Shown piece after piece: positions 1 to 9,599 of a stretch of 64,000 nucleotides of DNA. The stretch is taken from positions 13,314 to 77,313 of the forward strand of contig DBIU01000015.1 in the NCBI GenBank assembly GCA_002304735.1, written 5' to 3'. The position numbers were made by a program, and so were the translations under genes. The notes beneath the pieces are model-generated. The model did no database searches and was not told the origin of the DNA. It was given only the letters and a program-made list of their open reading frames with translations. Positions within the stretch are counted from its first letter, which is position 1; the number at the start of each line of letters is the position of its first letter. The stretch comes from Ruminococcaceae bacterium UBA794. Its GTDB lineage: Bacteria; Bacillota; Clostridia; Oscillospirales; Ruminococcaceae.

Positions 1-39
1 CGCTCGTCGCTTCGCTTCTGACACTTAGTCGGTTCCCCC

Positions 40-172
40 ATCCGACTTCCCGTAAGCACCGACCTAGGCGGAGCGCCCGTTTTTCGCTCCGCGAAAAACC
101 GACAAGCTTCGCTTGTCGTGCCGCGATGCGGCAGGGCGCTTCGCCTAACCGGCGAGCCGCACAAAGTCGGAT
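40..172. repeat. Multi-hairpin palindromic element (REP/MITE-like or structured ncRNA)
   Basis: Stems 40-48/164-172, 65-78/134-147, 79-87/91-99, 100-107/111-118 and 119-124/128-133 read directly from the sequence. Confidence 0.6.
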
Positions 173-188
173 AGAGCCGCAAACCCGC

Positions 189-1430
189 TCAGCAGCGGTA
201 CAACTCGGCGAGAGGCACAAGCCTTGCGCGAAACGACGAACGCTCGGGAAGCGCGACCTTCAAGGTGCAGAGAAGCCTATCGAAAGCGCTCTGCGAGAGG
301 GTTAAGGAAACCGGAAGCCCGCGCGGCGCGGCGAGCCGTTCCTGACTTATCCGAGAAAACGGTATTTCGCACGGGATAAACGCGGTGTAAAGCGCGGCTG
401 CCTTTTTGCAGGAAATTGCAGTGAAATTTTGTGAAAAAATGTGACTTTCGCGCTTAAAATACATTGCATACAGCGCGACAAGATATCCCGATATCAGAAC
501 TCCCGCCGCAAGGACGCTTCGGAGGAGCAAAGCGCTTCCGTTTCCCGAAAGGAAAAGCAGTGCGAGAAGCGCCGAAAATATCGCGAACGACCAAATCGGG
601 ACGGCGCAGTGACCGAAAAATGCGCGCGGCGGGCTTTTTACTGTCGGCTTGTGCGAAATCGACATTCCGAAGAAAGAACGCAGAAGCCGTTCGCTGCGCC
701 GGCTGTCAAGGCAGGGCGCAATCATCACTTTGCGGCAGTAAAGCGTCTTTCGCGAGGTTAGCATAGAAACGAACGTTTCGCGCGATATTACCGCGGAATT
801 TCGTACAAGCGCGTTCTCATATAATGTAACGAAGCCGCTTCTTACAACGACAGCGCCGTTTCCTGCGCTAAGCTCAAATCCCGAAAGCGCCAAAAGCTTT
901 CGAAGAAAACCGAGAAACCAAGCCGCAAGCGCCGATATTCCGACAAAAACCGCCGCCTTTGGTATCGCGATATGCGCTATCGCAAGAGCCTCGGTTACGC
1001 TTTCGGCTGTCGTAAAAAGCGCTCGGATAACGCCGTCAAGGTAGCTTTCGCCGAGGATTTTACCGATTTTGTTAAGCGTAACGGCGAAAAACGTTATCCC
1101 CGCAAGCGCTCTCGCGTCGATAAACGCGCCGAACAGCACTTCGCGAAACGGCGGTTTAATCGCCTTTTCGCCGCGCCTCGGCAATATTTCGCTTCGCTCG
1201 TTTTCGCCGAGAAAAAAGCGCGTTTCTCCGCGCTCCGTAAACAGCGTGACCTCTTTTGCGTGCAAAACGCGCATTATCGGCGTTCGGCGGGTCTGAACGC
1301 GAACGATTTTGTCGCGGCGCAGAACGGTTTTTACTGTGATAAACAGCGTTTTTTCAAGCACAATAATTTCACTTTCAACTCGGAGTTTTACAAAAAATCT
1401 CCGCAATATACAGAAAAAAATCAAATTCAT
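189..1430 (-). CDS. Membrane protein with bacterial PH (YdbT/bPH_2-like) domains
   Basis: Hydrophobic segments alternate with bPH_2-like segments (IIVLEKTLFITVKTVLRRDKIVRVQTRRTPIMRVLHAKEV; VVVRSGFVTLYE); ATG at 1430 chosen because the upstream ORF extension overlaps glmU. Confidence 0.55.
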   Translation of the reverse strand: MNLIFFCILRRFFVKLRVESEIIVLEKTLFITVKTVLRRDKIVRVQTRRTPIMRVLHAKEVTLFTERGETRFFLGENERSEILPRRGEKAIKPPFREVLFGAFIDARALAGITFFAVTLNKIGKILGESYLDGVIRALFTTAESVTEALAIAHIAIPKAAVFVGISALAAWFLGFLRKLLALSGFELSAGNGAVVVRSGFVTLYENALVRNSAVISRETFVSMLTSRKTLYCRKVMIAPCLDSRRSERLLRSFFGMSISHKPTVKSPPRAFFGHCAVPIWSFAIFSALLALLFLSGNGSALLLRSVLAAGVLISGYLVALYAMYFKRESHIFSQNFTAISCKKAAALYTAFIPCEIPFSRISQERLAAPRGLPVSLTLSQSAFDRLLCTLKVALPERSSFRARLVPLAELYRC

Positions 1431-1443
1431 AGGGGGTTCCTTT

Positions 1444-2811
1444 ATGACGACAGGCTGCGTTATTCTCGCGGGAGGCGCGGGCAAGCGTATGAAATCCGAA
1501 AAGCCAAAGGGGCTTTGCGAGGTTCTTAAAAAGCCGATGCTCGGCTGGGTTCTGGACGCCGCCGAGGAGTTCGGGTTCGATAAAATCGGCGTCGTTACCG
1601 GTTACAAAAATAATCTCACCGAGGAATATATCTCGGCTAATTATCAAAACATATCCACATACTATCAGGACGAGCAGAAAGGCACAGGCGACGCGGCTTC
1701 ACGCGCTGCCGAGCTGATAAAGAGCGTCGATACGGTTTGCGTTCTGAACGGCGACGCGCCCTTTATTGACGCCGAAACGCTTAGAAACGCGCTTTCGCTT
1801 CACGAAAAATCGGGCGCGGACGTTACCGTAATCTCCGCGGATATTGCAACTCCTTTCGGTTACGGAAGGATTATCCGCGACAACGGAGGAAAATTCTCCG
1901 CGATACGCGAACAAAAGGATTGTTCCCCGAAAGAAGCCGAAATAACCGAGGTTAACAGCGGCGCTTATTTCTTTAACTCAAAGGCGCTTCTCGAAGCGCT
2001 TCCGAGGCTCAGCAACAAGAACGCAGGCGGCGAGTTTTACCTCACGGACTGCGTTGAGATTATCGGAAACGCAGAAGCTTATAAGTGCGATAACGCGCAA
2101 GCCGTTCTCGGTGCGAACTCAAGGCGCGACCTCTTTGCGCTAAACGAGGGTATCCGAAACAAAATCCTCTTTAAGCTTATGGACGAGGGCGTTTCCTTCA
2201 TCACGCTCGACGGCATTATAATAGGAAAAGACGTAAAAATCGGCGCGGATACGCTCATTCTCCCGAATACAATCATCACGGGAAAAACCGTTATCGGCAG
2301 AGGCTGCGAAATCGGCGCAAATTCACACATCGATGACTGCGTTATCGGCGATAACGTCACGCTCGACAACGTAAAAGCCGTTTCCTCCACAATCGAGGAT
2401 AACGTAAAAATCGGTCCGTTTTCTCAGCTTCGTCCCGGCTGTACAATCAGAAAGGGCGTTAAAATCGGCGATTTTGTTGAAATCAAAAACAGCGATATCG
2501 GCGAAAACACAGCCGTCGCTCACCTCACCTATCTCGGCGACAGCGACGTCGGACGCGGAGTAAACTTCGGCTGCGGCTGCGTTACCGCAAATTATGACGG
2601 CGTAAATAAGCACCGCACGGAAATCGGCTCGCACGCGTTTATCGGCTGCAACACTAACCTCATAGCTCCCGTTAAAATCGGCGAAAACGCCGCAACCGGC
2701 GCAGGTTCAACGATAACAAAGAACGTTCCCGAAAACGCGCTTGCGGTTGAACGCACGGACGTTAAAATCTACGAGAATTGGCACGGAAACTTTGAGAGAA
2801 AGAAAAAATAA
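1444..2811 (+). CDS. glmU: Bifunctional UDP-GlcNAc pyrophosphorylase / glucosamine-1-phosphate N-acetyltransferase
   Basis: LAGGAGKRMKSEKPK, GYGRIIR, EVNSGAY, GEFYLTD, hexapeptide repeats, HLTYLGD, NYDGVNKHRT; RBS AGGGGG before ATG 1444. Confidence 0.97.
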   Translation: MTTGCVILAGGAGKRMKSEKPKGLCEVLKKPMLGWVLDAAEEFGFDKIGVVTGYKNNLTEEYISANYQNISTYYQDEQKGTGDAASRAAELIKSVDTVCVLNGDAPFIDAETLRNALSLHEKSGADVTVISADIATPFGYGRIIRDNGGKFSAIREQKDCSPKEAEITEVNSGAYFFNSKALLEALPRLSNKNAGGEFYLTDCVEIIGNAEAYKCDNAQAVLGANSRRDLFALNEGIRNKILFKLMDEGVSFITLDGIIIGKDVKIGADTLILPNTIITGKTVIGRGCEIGANSHIDDCVIGDNVTLDNVKAVSSTIEDNVKIGPFSQLRPGCTIRKGVKIGDFVEIKNSDIGENTAVAHLTYLGDSDVGRGVNFGCGCVTANYDGVNKHRTEIGSHAFIGCNTNLIAPVKIGENAATGAGSTITKNVPENALAVERTDVKIYENWHGNFERKKK

Positions 2812-2908
2812 TACGATTTGGCGAATATGTTGTCGGGGGGCGCGGCTGCTTCGGGGAAAACGCCGCATCATCAAAAACTACGGATAACGAGGAAAGGCGG
2901 TTGTTGAA

Positions 2909-3430
2909 ATGAAAGCGTTGGTTGTTGTCGATTATCAGGTTGATTTTGTGAACGGCGCGCTTGGCTTCGAGGGCGCGAAACTGCTTGAGCCTATTATTCT
3001 CCAAAAAATCAGCGATACGCGCGCGGCGGGCGGAAAAATCATTTTCACGCTCGATACCCACTCCTCCGACTACCTTAATACAGCCGAAGGCAAAAAGCTC
3101 CCCGTTCCGCATTGTATCGAGGGAACGGACGGTCATAAGCTCTACGGAAGGGTTGCCGAAAGCGTTGACGCGAGAACGGATTTTGTTATCAAAAAACGCG
3201 CGTTCGGGTCAATGGACCTTGCCGTTTTGCTGAAAAAATTCGTTTTCGGCGAGGTGGAGCTTTGCGGGCTTGTCACGGATATCTGCGTTGTTTCAAACGC
3301 GATTATCGCAAAAGCCGCGCTCCCCGAAGCGAAAATCGTCGTGGACGGCTCCGCCTGCGCTTCCGCGGACAGGCTTGCTCACGAAAGAGCGCTTGACGTT
3401 ATGCGCGGAGTTCAGATTGACGTTATTTGA
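2909..3430 (+). CDS. pncA: Nicotinamidase / isochorismatase-family cysteine hydrolase
   Basis: VVDYQVDFV, DTH, PHC, K, GLVTDICV motifs; directly upstream of pncB. Confidence 0.85.
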   Translation: MKALVVVDYQVDFVNGALGFEGAKLLEPIILQKISDTRAAGGKIIFTLDTHSSDYLNTAEGKKLPVPHCIEGTDGHKLYGRVAESVDARTDFVIKKRAFGSMDLAVLLKKFVFGEVELCGLVTDICVVSNAIIAKAALPEAKIVVDGSACASADRLAHERALDVMRGVQIDVI

Positions 3431-3439
3431 GGTGAAAAT

Positions 3440-4882
3440 ATGATTACCGAACAAAACTGCACGCTGCTTTGCGACTTCTATCAGCTCACAATGGGCAACG
3501 GATATTTCAAAAGCGGCAAGCGCGATACCGTCGCTTATTTCGACGTATTTTTCAGACGCGTTCCCGAAAACGGCGGATTTGCCGTGTGCGCGGGACTTGA
3601 ACAGATTATCGACTACATCGAGGGACTTCATTTCGACGAGGACGATATTGATTTTTTACGGAAAAAGGGCATTTTTGACGAGGATTTTCTGAAATATCTC
3701 GCAGATTTCAAGTTCGAGGGCGATATCTACGCCGTTCCCGAGGGAACGCCCGTTTTCCCGTTCGAGCCGCTTGTCACCGTGCGCGCGCCGTCTATTCAGG
3801 CGCAGCTTATCGAAACAATGCTGCTTCTGCTGATTAATCATCAGTCGCTTATCGCAACAAAGGCGAACAGAATTGTCCGCGCCGCGAAAGGACGCGCAAT
3901 TTCCGAGTTTGGCTCAAGGCGCGCTCAGGGCGCTTCGGGAGCCGTTCTCGGCGCGAGAGCCGCGTTTATCGGCGGCTGCGCGGGTACCGCCTGCACGCTC
4001 TCGGACAAGCTTTTCGGCGTCCCCGCAACGGGTACTATGGCTCATTCGTGGATTCAGATGTTCGACAGCGAGCTTGAAGCGTTTGAGGAATACTGCCGAA
4101 TTTATCCCGACGGCGCAACGCTTCTCGTCGATACCTACAACGTCCTCAAATCGGGCGTTCCGAACGCAATCAAGGCTTTCGACAACGTTCTGAAGCCGCT
4201 TGGGAAGCGGCCATGCGGCATAAGGCTCGATTCGGGAGATATCGCGTATCTTTCGATTGAGGCAAGAAAAATGCTTGACAAAGCGGGTTATCCAGACTGC
4301 AAAATCGTCGCTTCAAACTCGCTTGACGAGTATATTATCGCGGATTTGCTTAATCAAGGCGCGAAAATCGACCTTTTCGGCGTCGGCGAGCGCTTGATTA
4401 CCGCGTCCTCCGAGCCTGTTTTCGGCGGAGTTTACAAGCTTTGTGCTGTCGAGAAAAACGGCGCGGTTGTCCCGAAAATCAAAATCAGCGAAAATGTCAC
4501 GAAAATCACAAACCCGCATTACAAAAAGCTTTATCGCGTCTTCGACAACAAGACCGGCAAAGCCGAGGCGGACCTCATTTGCGTGTTTGACGAGAAAATC
4601 GACGAAACAAAGCCGCTTGAGCTTTTCGACCCGGATTACACCTGGAAAAGAAAAACGCTCACGGATTTCACGGCGAAAGAGCTTCAGGTTCCCGTGTTTA
4701 TCAAGGGAAAACGCGTTTACGAAAAGCCCGCAATCCGCGATATAAAGGATTACTGCGCGCAGCAGCTTGACACTATGTGGGAGTCGGTTTTAAGATTTGA
4801 AAATCCGCATCGCTATTATGTTGATTTATCCGAAAAGCTTTGGAATATCAAGCACAATCTGCTTTCCGAAAACGGAAGATAA
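3440..4882 (+). CDS. pncB: Nicotinate phosphoribosyltransferase
   Basis: LLCDFYQLTM, EFGSRRAQG, GTMAHSW, LVDTY, GIRLDSGD, FGVG, GGVYKL. Confidence 0.97.
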   Translation: MITEQNCTLLCDFYQLTMGNGYFKSGKRDTVAYFDVFFRRVPENGGFAVCAGLEQIIDYIEGLHFDEDDIDFLRKKGIFDEDFLKYLADFKFEGDIYAVPEGTPVFPFEPLVTVRAPSIQAQLIETMLLLLINHQSLIATKANRIVRAAKGRAISEFGSRRAQGASGAVLGARAAFIGGCAGTACTLSDKLFGVPATGTMAHSWIQMFDSELEAFEEYCRIYPDGATLLVDTYNVLKSGVPNAIKAFDNVLKPLGKRPCGIRLDSGDIAYLSIEARKMLDKAGYPDCKIVASNSLDEYIIADLLNQGAKIDLFGVGERLITASSEPVFGGVYKLCAVEKNGAVVPKIKISENVTKITNPHYKKLYRVFDNKTGKAEADLICVFDEKIDETKPLELFDPDYTWKRKTLTDFTAKELQVPVFIKGKRVYEKPAIRDIKDYCAQQLDTMWESVLRFENPHRYYVDLSEKLWNIKHNLLSENGR

Positions 4883-4907
4883 TCCCCTTTGGAGGTGATT
4901 TTCCCTT

Positions 4908-6383
4908 ATGACAAGGGAAGAATTTAATTCGCTCTGCCAAAACTGCTGCTCTCGGAAAAGCATCTCGGAATGTCTTTTCGCGGACGCGGAGGAAGGCTTT
5001 ATAGATACCTCCGCCGAGAGCGACGGCTCGCGGGGAATTGCCTTCTCAAAAAGGAAAATGATGGTCAATTTCGACGGGACAATCAAAATCGTCGCTTATA
5101 AAAAAATTCGCTCAATTCACATTATCGGAAGCCTTGAGGGTGCGTTTGCGGACGAGCTTGAAATTTCCGGCGAACACTCGCGGCTGCGCATCACGGATTT
5201 TTCACTCGACAAGCATATCCTAAAGCAAATTATCGAGGGACTTCGCGAAGGGCTGACAGAGCCGATTGCCGAGAATAACGAGAAAAAAGAACCGCCTGCC
5301 GCGGAAGAAAACAGATTCGTTTCCGAGGAGAAAAACGAGGTTATCGAAAGAGCCGATTTTGACGATAAATCGGACAATATCCCCGAAAATGCGCAGAATA
5401 TCCCCGAAAACGACGGTATTCTTCACGAATATGACGACAAAATCGAGTGGCTGAGCAGCGCTCCGGATATTACTCACGATGAAAAAATCGAGTGGCTCAG
5501 CGGTATGACGGCAGAAGAAGCCGCGCCCGTTATCCCCGAAGCCGATTTTACCGAAGAAACGGAAATGCGCGAGCAAATCGAACAGATGTCCCGCGAAGAA
5601 ACGCTCGGATTTCTTTCGAAAACGCTCGGCGAGATTAACGGAAACGATGGCGCTTTTGAATATAATCAAGAGCGCGAAACCGCTCCCGAAGCCGCTTCGC
5701 AGGATATCGGCGAATCGGAAATGCGCGAGCAAATCGGGCAGATGTCCCGCGAAGAAACGCTCGGATTTCTCTCGAAAACGCTCGGCGAGATTAACGGTGG
5801 CGCGGATTATTTTGAGGAAAGCGCGGTTGACGATAAGCCGTTTTTCCCGACGACGCAAACGGCGGTTATCCCCGAAAACGCGCTTCCGCCAAAGCCGATT
5901 ATCGAAAAAATTGCCGCGCAAAATCCTCCCGCCGAAAAGCCCCCCGCACCCGCAGCCGCACGGGAAAACGGCGAGCTTTCAAAAGAGCCGATTTGGGGCG
6001 ATATCTACATAAAAGCAAGCAAAAGTCTGCGCGAGCTTTGCGAAAACGGCAGACTTTCTATGGATATTATCGAGAAAGAGCTTCGGGAAAGGCTTCTTGA
6101 GTCCGCGAAATCGTTTGCGGATATCGTCAAAGACGAGCAGAAAATCCCGAAAACGCTCGTTCCGAAAATCGCCGAGCTGAAAAACGCAGCCGACCATTTT
6201 GACGAGTATTTCTCGCACGGCGAGGACGTCGGAGTGAGAGTGATGTTCTTTATGCTCTTTCAGATGCTGTGTTATTCGGACAGAATTGCCGAAAATCCCG
6301 AAACGAAAGAACGCCTGAACGACTTCTTCAGACGCTTCGGAACGGCAGGCATCACGTTGTCAATGCTTGACGCGAGAGGATAA
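4908..6383 (+). CDS. Hypothetical protein with acidic linker and internal repeats
   Basis: 491-aa ORF with GGAGGTG RBS, in line with pncB and guaA; contains a duplicated 27-aa block. Confidence 0.8.
   Translation: MTREEFNSLCQNCCSRKSISECLFADAEEGFIDTSAESDGSRGIAFSKRKMMVNFDGTIKIVAYKKIRSIHIIGSLEGAFADELEISGEHSRLRITDFSLDKHILKQIIEGLREGLTEPIAENNEKKEPPAAEENRFVSEEKNEVIERADFDDKSDNIPENAQNIPENDGILHEYDDKIEWLSSAPDITHDEKIEWLSGMTAEEAAPVIPEADFTEETEMREQIEQMSREETLGFLSKTLGEINGNDGAFEYNQERETAPEAASQDIGESEMREQIGQMSREETLGFLSKTLGEINGGADYFEESAVDDKPFFPTTQTAVIPENALPPKPIIEKIAAQNPPAEKPPAPAAARENGELSKEPIWGDIYIKASKSLRELCENGRLSMDIIEKELRERLLESAKSFADIVKDEQKIPKTLVPKIAELKNAADHFDEYFSHGEDVGVRVMFFMLFQMLCYSDRIAENPETKERLNDFFRRFGTAGITLSMLDARG
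5560..5797 (+). repeat. 82-bp intragenic direct repeat (5560-5641 and 5716-5797)
   Basis: Copies differ at 3 positions; period 156 bp (in frame). Confidence 0.9.
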
Positions 6384-6431
6384 TTCCCGCGTGAAAATGA
6401 AAATATTATGAATAAAGAAACGGAGAAACTT

Positions 6432-7973
6432 ATGAAAAACGAAATCGTTATCGTGCTGGACTTCGGCGGTCAGTATAATCAGCTTATCGCCCGCAGAGTC
6501 CGCGAACATAGGATTTACTGCGAGGTGAAGTCCTACAAGACGCCTATCGAGGAAATCAAGGCGATGAACCCAAAGGGCATCATCTTTACGGGCGGTCCGA
6601 ACAGCGTTTATCTCGACGAGTCGCCGAGAATGGACAAGGAAATCCTTGAGCTTGGCGTTCCCGTGCTCGGCATCTGCTATGGCGCGCAGTTTATGGTGTA
6701 CGCGCTCGGCGGCACTATCGAGCCTGCGCACGACGCGTCGCTTTCCGAATACGGCAGAACCGAGTGTGAAATGGATATTTCTTCGCCGCTGTTCGACGGT
6801 CTTGATGAAAAATCAATCGTCTGGATGAGCCACAACGACTACATTTCCCGCGTTCCCGACGGCTTTAAGTCAATCGGTCACAGCGTAAAATGCCCGTTCG
6901 GCGCAATGGCTGACGAGGAAAGAAAGCTTTACGGCGTTCAGTTCCACCCCGAGGTTAACCACACGGTTCAGGGCTTTGATATGCTCGGCAACTTCCTCTA
7001 CAAAATCTGCGACTGCAAGGGCGACTGGACTATGGAAAACTACGCGGAAACCGCTATTCGCAATATCCGCGAAAAAGTCGGCAGCGGCAAGGCGCTTCTC
7101 GCGCTTTCGGGCGGCGTTGACAGCTCTGTCGCCTGCAAGCTTATGGCAAATGCTATCGGCAATCAGCTCACCTGCATTTTCGTTGACCACGGTCTTATGC
7201 GGAAAAACGAAGGCGACGAGGTTGAGGCGGCTTTCAAAGACAGCGGAGTGAATTTCGTTCGCGTTAACGCGGGAGAACGCTTCCTTTCAAAGCTTGCGGG
7301 GGTTTCCGAGCCCGAGAAAAAACGCAAGATTATCGGCGAGGAATTTATCAGAGTGTTCGAGGAAGAAGCGAAAAAAATCGGTAAGGTTGACTATCTCGTT
7401 CAAGGAACGATTTATCCCGATGTTATCGAAAGCGGCACGGGCGACGCCGCCGTTATCAAGTCGCATCACAACGTCGGCGGTTTGCCCGATTACGTTGACT
7501 TCAAGGAAATAATAGAGCCGCTTCGCCTGCTGTTCAAGGACGAGGTGCGCGCGCTCGGAACGACTCTCGGTCTTGACGAAAAGCTGGTTTGGCGGCAGCC
7601 ATTCCCCGGTCCCGGGCTTGCAATCAGAATTATCGGAGATATTACGCCGGAAAAGGTTTCAACGCTTCAGGACGCGGACGCAATCTTCCGCGAGGAAATC
7701 GCGAACGCGGGGCTTGACCGCTCCATTAACCAGTATTTCGCGGTGCTGACAAATATGCGTTCCGTCGGCGTTATGGGCGACGGTAGAACCTACGACTATA
7801 CTCTCGCCCTCCGCGGCGTTTCCACAAGCGACTTTATGACCGCGGATTTCTCGCGTATCCCCTACGACGTTCTCGAAAAGGTTTCCGTCCGCATCGTAAA
7901 CGAGGTTAAGAATATTAATCGTATCGTTTATGATATTACGTCAAAGCCCCCGGCGACTATTGAGTGGGAATAA
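6432..7973 (+). CDS. guaA: GMP synthase (glutamine-hydrolysing)
   Basis: [55 protein letters not shown]; alternative start 6408. Confidence 0.98.
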   Translation: MKNEIVIVLDFGGQYNQLIARRVREHRIYCEVKSYKTPIEEIKAMNPKGIIFTGGPNSVYLDESPRMDKEILELGVPVLGICYGAQFMVYALGGTIEPAHDASLSEYGRTECEMDISSPLFDGLDEKSIVWMSHNDYISRVPDGFKSIGHSVKCPFGAMADEERKLYGVQFHPEVNHTVQGFDMLGNFLYKICDCKGDWTMENYAETAIRNIREKVGSGKALLALSGGVDSSVACKLMANAIGNQLTCIFVDHGLMRKNEGDEVEAAFKDSGVNFVRVNAGERFLSKLAGVSEPEKKRKIIGEEFIRVFEEEAKKIGKVDYLVQGTIYPDVIESGTGDAAVIKSHHNVGGLPDYVDFKEIIEPLRLLFKDEVRALGTTLGLDEKLVWRQPFPGPGLAIRIIGDITPEKVSTLQDADAIFREEIANAGLDRSINQYFAVLTNMRSVGVMGDGRTYDYTLALRGVSTSDFMTADFSRIPYDVLEKVSVRIVNEVKNINRIVYDITSKPPATIEWE

Positions 7974-8008
7974 TCGCCGCTCCGGGAAATTTAAGCCGAC
8001 GCAAAACT

Positions 8009-8046
8009 AACCCCCGAAAATCCGATTTCAGATTTTCGGGGATTAT
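8009..8046. terminator. Hairpin terminator after guaA
   Basis: CCCCGAAAATC (8012-8022) pairs with GATTTTCGGGG (8031-8041). Confidence 0.65.
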
Positions 8047-8064
8047 TACTTGTGATTATTTTTC

Positions 8065-8325
8065 TCACATATTTATCAACAAATCCGAAATATCAGCGTC
8101 TATGCAGACAGACCTTTCTTCAATTTCCTTTGGCGCATAGGATTCGCCGAAATTAAGGCAGACATAAAACGCTTTCGGGTTATTTGCGGTCGTTCTCCAG
8201 AATGGGAATTTTATTATTGAGGGCGTATTCATTCCCTTCTGTGAATCCATCATCGCAATCACGCCGTCCTTGTTGTCCCAGGTTTTTCTGCAGCAAGGCT
8301 CGCTGCATTGAAACAGCCCGTAATC
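8065..8325 (-). pseudogene. Truncated, internally deleted class M sirtuin (SirTM-like) relic
   Basis: One frame reads DYGLFQCSEPCCRKTWDNKDGVIAMMDSQKGMNTPSIIKFPFWRTTANNPKAFYVCLNFGESYAPKEIEERSVCIDADI; in-frame TGA just upstream; no N-terminal half. Confidence 0.75.
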
Positions 8326-8415
8326 TCTGCTGACAGCAAATCATCTCGGAAAAGGCTTGGGGGGCGGTTAAGTCCCTTTCGCGTCCTGTTTCAAAATATT
8401 CCCGCATACGTTAAT

Positions 8416-9411
8416 TCAATCCCCCGTCGACTCTCTGAGAATAAGGCTGTGCGGAAGCATATAGGTTGAAGTATCCGGCTCGTCCGATTTCATATTTGCA
8501 AGAAGCTTCTCTGCAACGGTTTTTCCTTGGAGATAACACGGCTGGTCAACCGTTGAAAGCCGCGGCATAAACATATGCGAATACATTATATTATCGAAGC
8601 CGAAAAACAGGATATCCTTTCCGACGGTATAGCCGCTTTGCATAGCGAAAGTCATAGCTCCGAACGAAATCAAGTCCGAAATCGAGAAAATCGCGTCGGG
8701 CTTTTTGTCAAGGCTGAGGAACTCGCGGCAGGCGTTTGTGCCGGTTTCGGGCGTATAGTCGCCGTAATAAACAAGCTTTTCGTCAAACGGAATACCCGCC
8801 TTTTCAAGGGCGCGTCTGTAACCCTTTTCACGGTCAACCGACGATTGACTTCTGATTTTCGTCGTAATCAAACCGATACGCTTTCTCCCCTTGCCGATAA
8901 GATAGCTTGTCGCGTCGAAACCAGCGCGCTCATTGTTTATGGTAACGCAAAGCACGCCCTCCGTATCGAGCTTCTCCAAACAAATGGCGATGGAATACTT
9001 CTTCGACAGGCTGATTATGGTCTTGCTGTCAAGCTTCGGCGCAAGCAAAACCGCCGCGTCAACCGCCTTCGAGAACAACATTCCGAGCAGGTGCATTTCG
9101 TGTTCGGGGTCGTTTCTGGTCGTGGCAATAAGAACGTCATACCCCTGCGCGAAGCAGGCGTCCTGCATACCGCGAAGCACGTCGTTGTAGAAGCTCTGGT
9201 CGGTTGAGCCTATAATCGCGAGAATACGCTTTGTTTCGCTCTTTCTGAGGTCGCGTCCGAGAAAATTCGGGCTGTAACCAAGCTCCTCAACCGCCTGATT
9301 AACCGCGCGGACGGCTTCCTCGGAAACATTGCTTTTGTTGTTTAGCACACGCGAAACGGTCGCCACGGAAACCTTTGCCGCCTTAGCGACGTCCTTGATA
9401 GTAATATTCAC
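8416..9411 (-). CDS. LacI-family transcriptional regulator
   Basis: ITIKDVAKAAKVSVATVSRVLN HTH plus periplasmic-binding-like domain (GFDN, PRLSTVDQP, LILREST); GTG start with AAGGAG RBS. Confidence 0.96.
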   Translation of the reverse strand: MNITIKDVAKAAKVSVATVSRVLNNKSNVSEEAVRAVNQAVEELGYSPNFLGRDLRKSETKRILAIIGSTDQSFYNDVLRGMQDACFAQGYDVLIATTRNDPEHEMHLLGMLFSKAVDAAVLLAPKLDSKTIISLSKKYSIAICLEKLDTEGVLCVTINNERAGFDATSYLIGKGRKRIGLITTKIRSQSSVDREKGYRRALEKAGIPFDEKLVYYGDYTPETGTNACREFLSLDKKPDAIFSISDLISFGAMTFAMQSGYTVGKDILFFGFDNIMYSHMFMPRLSTVDQPCYLQGKTVAEKLLANMKSDEPDTSTYMLPHSLILRESTGD

Positions 9412-9472
9412 ACGAACACTCCTTATAATCGGCAAAAGCCGTCAAATAGCGATGATTTTCGTCTATATTAAT

Positions 9473-9501
9473 ATATTATCACTTTTCTAAAACGTTTTCA
9501 A
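9473..9501 (-). promoter_or_regulatory. Sigma-A-like promoter of the lacI gene with overlapping LacI-type operator (9487-9500)
   Basis: Minus strand TTGAAA-N17-TAATAT with TG extension; palindrome TGAAAACGTTTTAG covers the -35 box. Confidence 0.55.
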
Positions 9502-9545
9502 TTAGCATTTTGCACAATTTTCTCCGTGTAATTTTTTACATACAA

Positions 9546-9576
9546 AAAAACCGCGCTCAAAGAAAACGCGGTTTTT
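9546..9576. terminator. Intrinsic terminator after rnfB
   Basis: AAAAACCGCG-loop-CGCGGTTTTT. Confidence 0.75.
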
Positions 9577-9599
9577 GTCTTAAGTTGAAAAGAGAAAGC

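Noticed and set aside
65..147. tRNA gene
   Set aside because: The cloverleaf has 3-nt loops, no anticodon loop, no TTC loop in a T-arm context and no CCA end
2909..8325. Functional NAD-salvage cluster of pncA-pncB with the sirtuin
   Set aside because: The sirtuin is a broken relic on the opposite strand beyond guaA; proximity is better explained by the guaA integration hotspot
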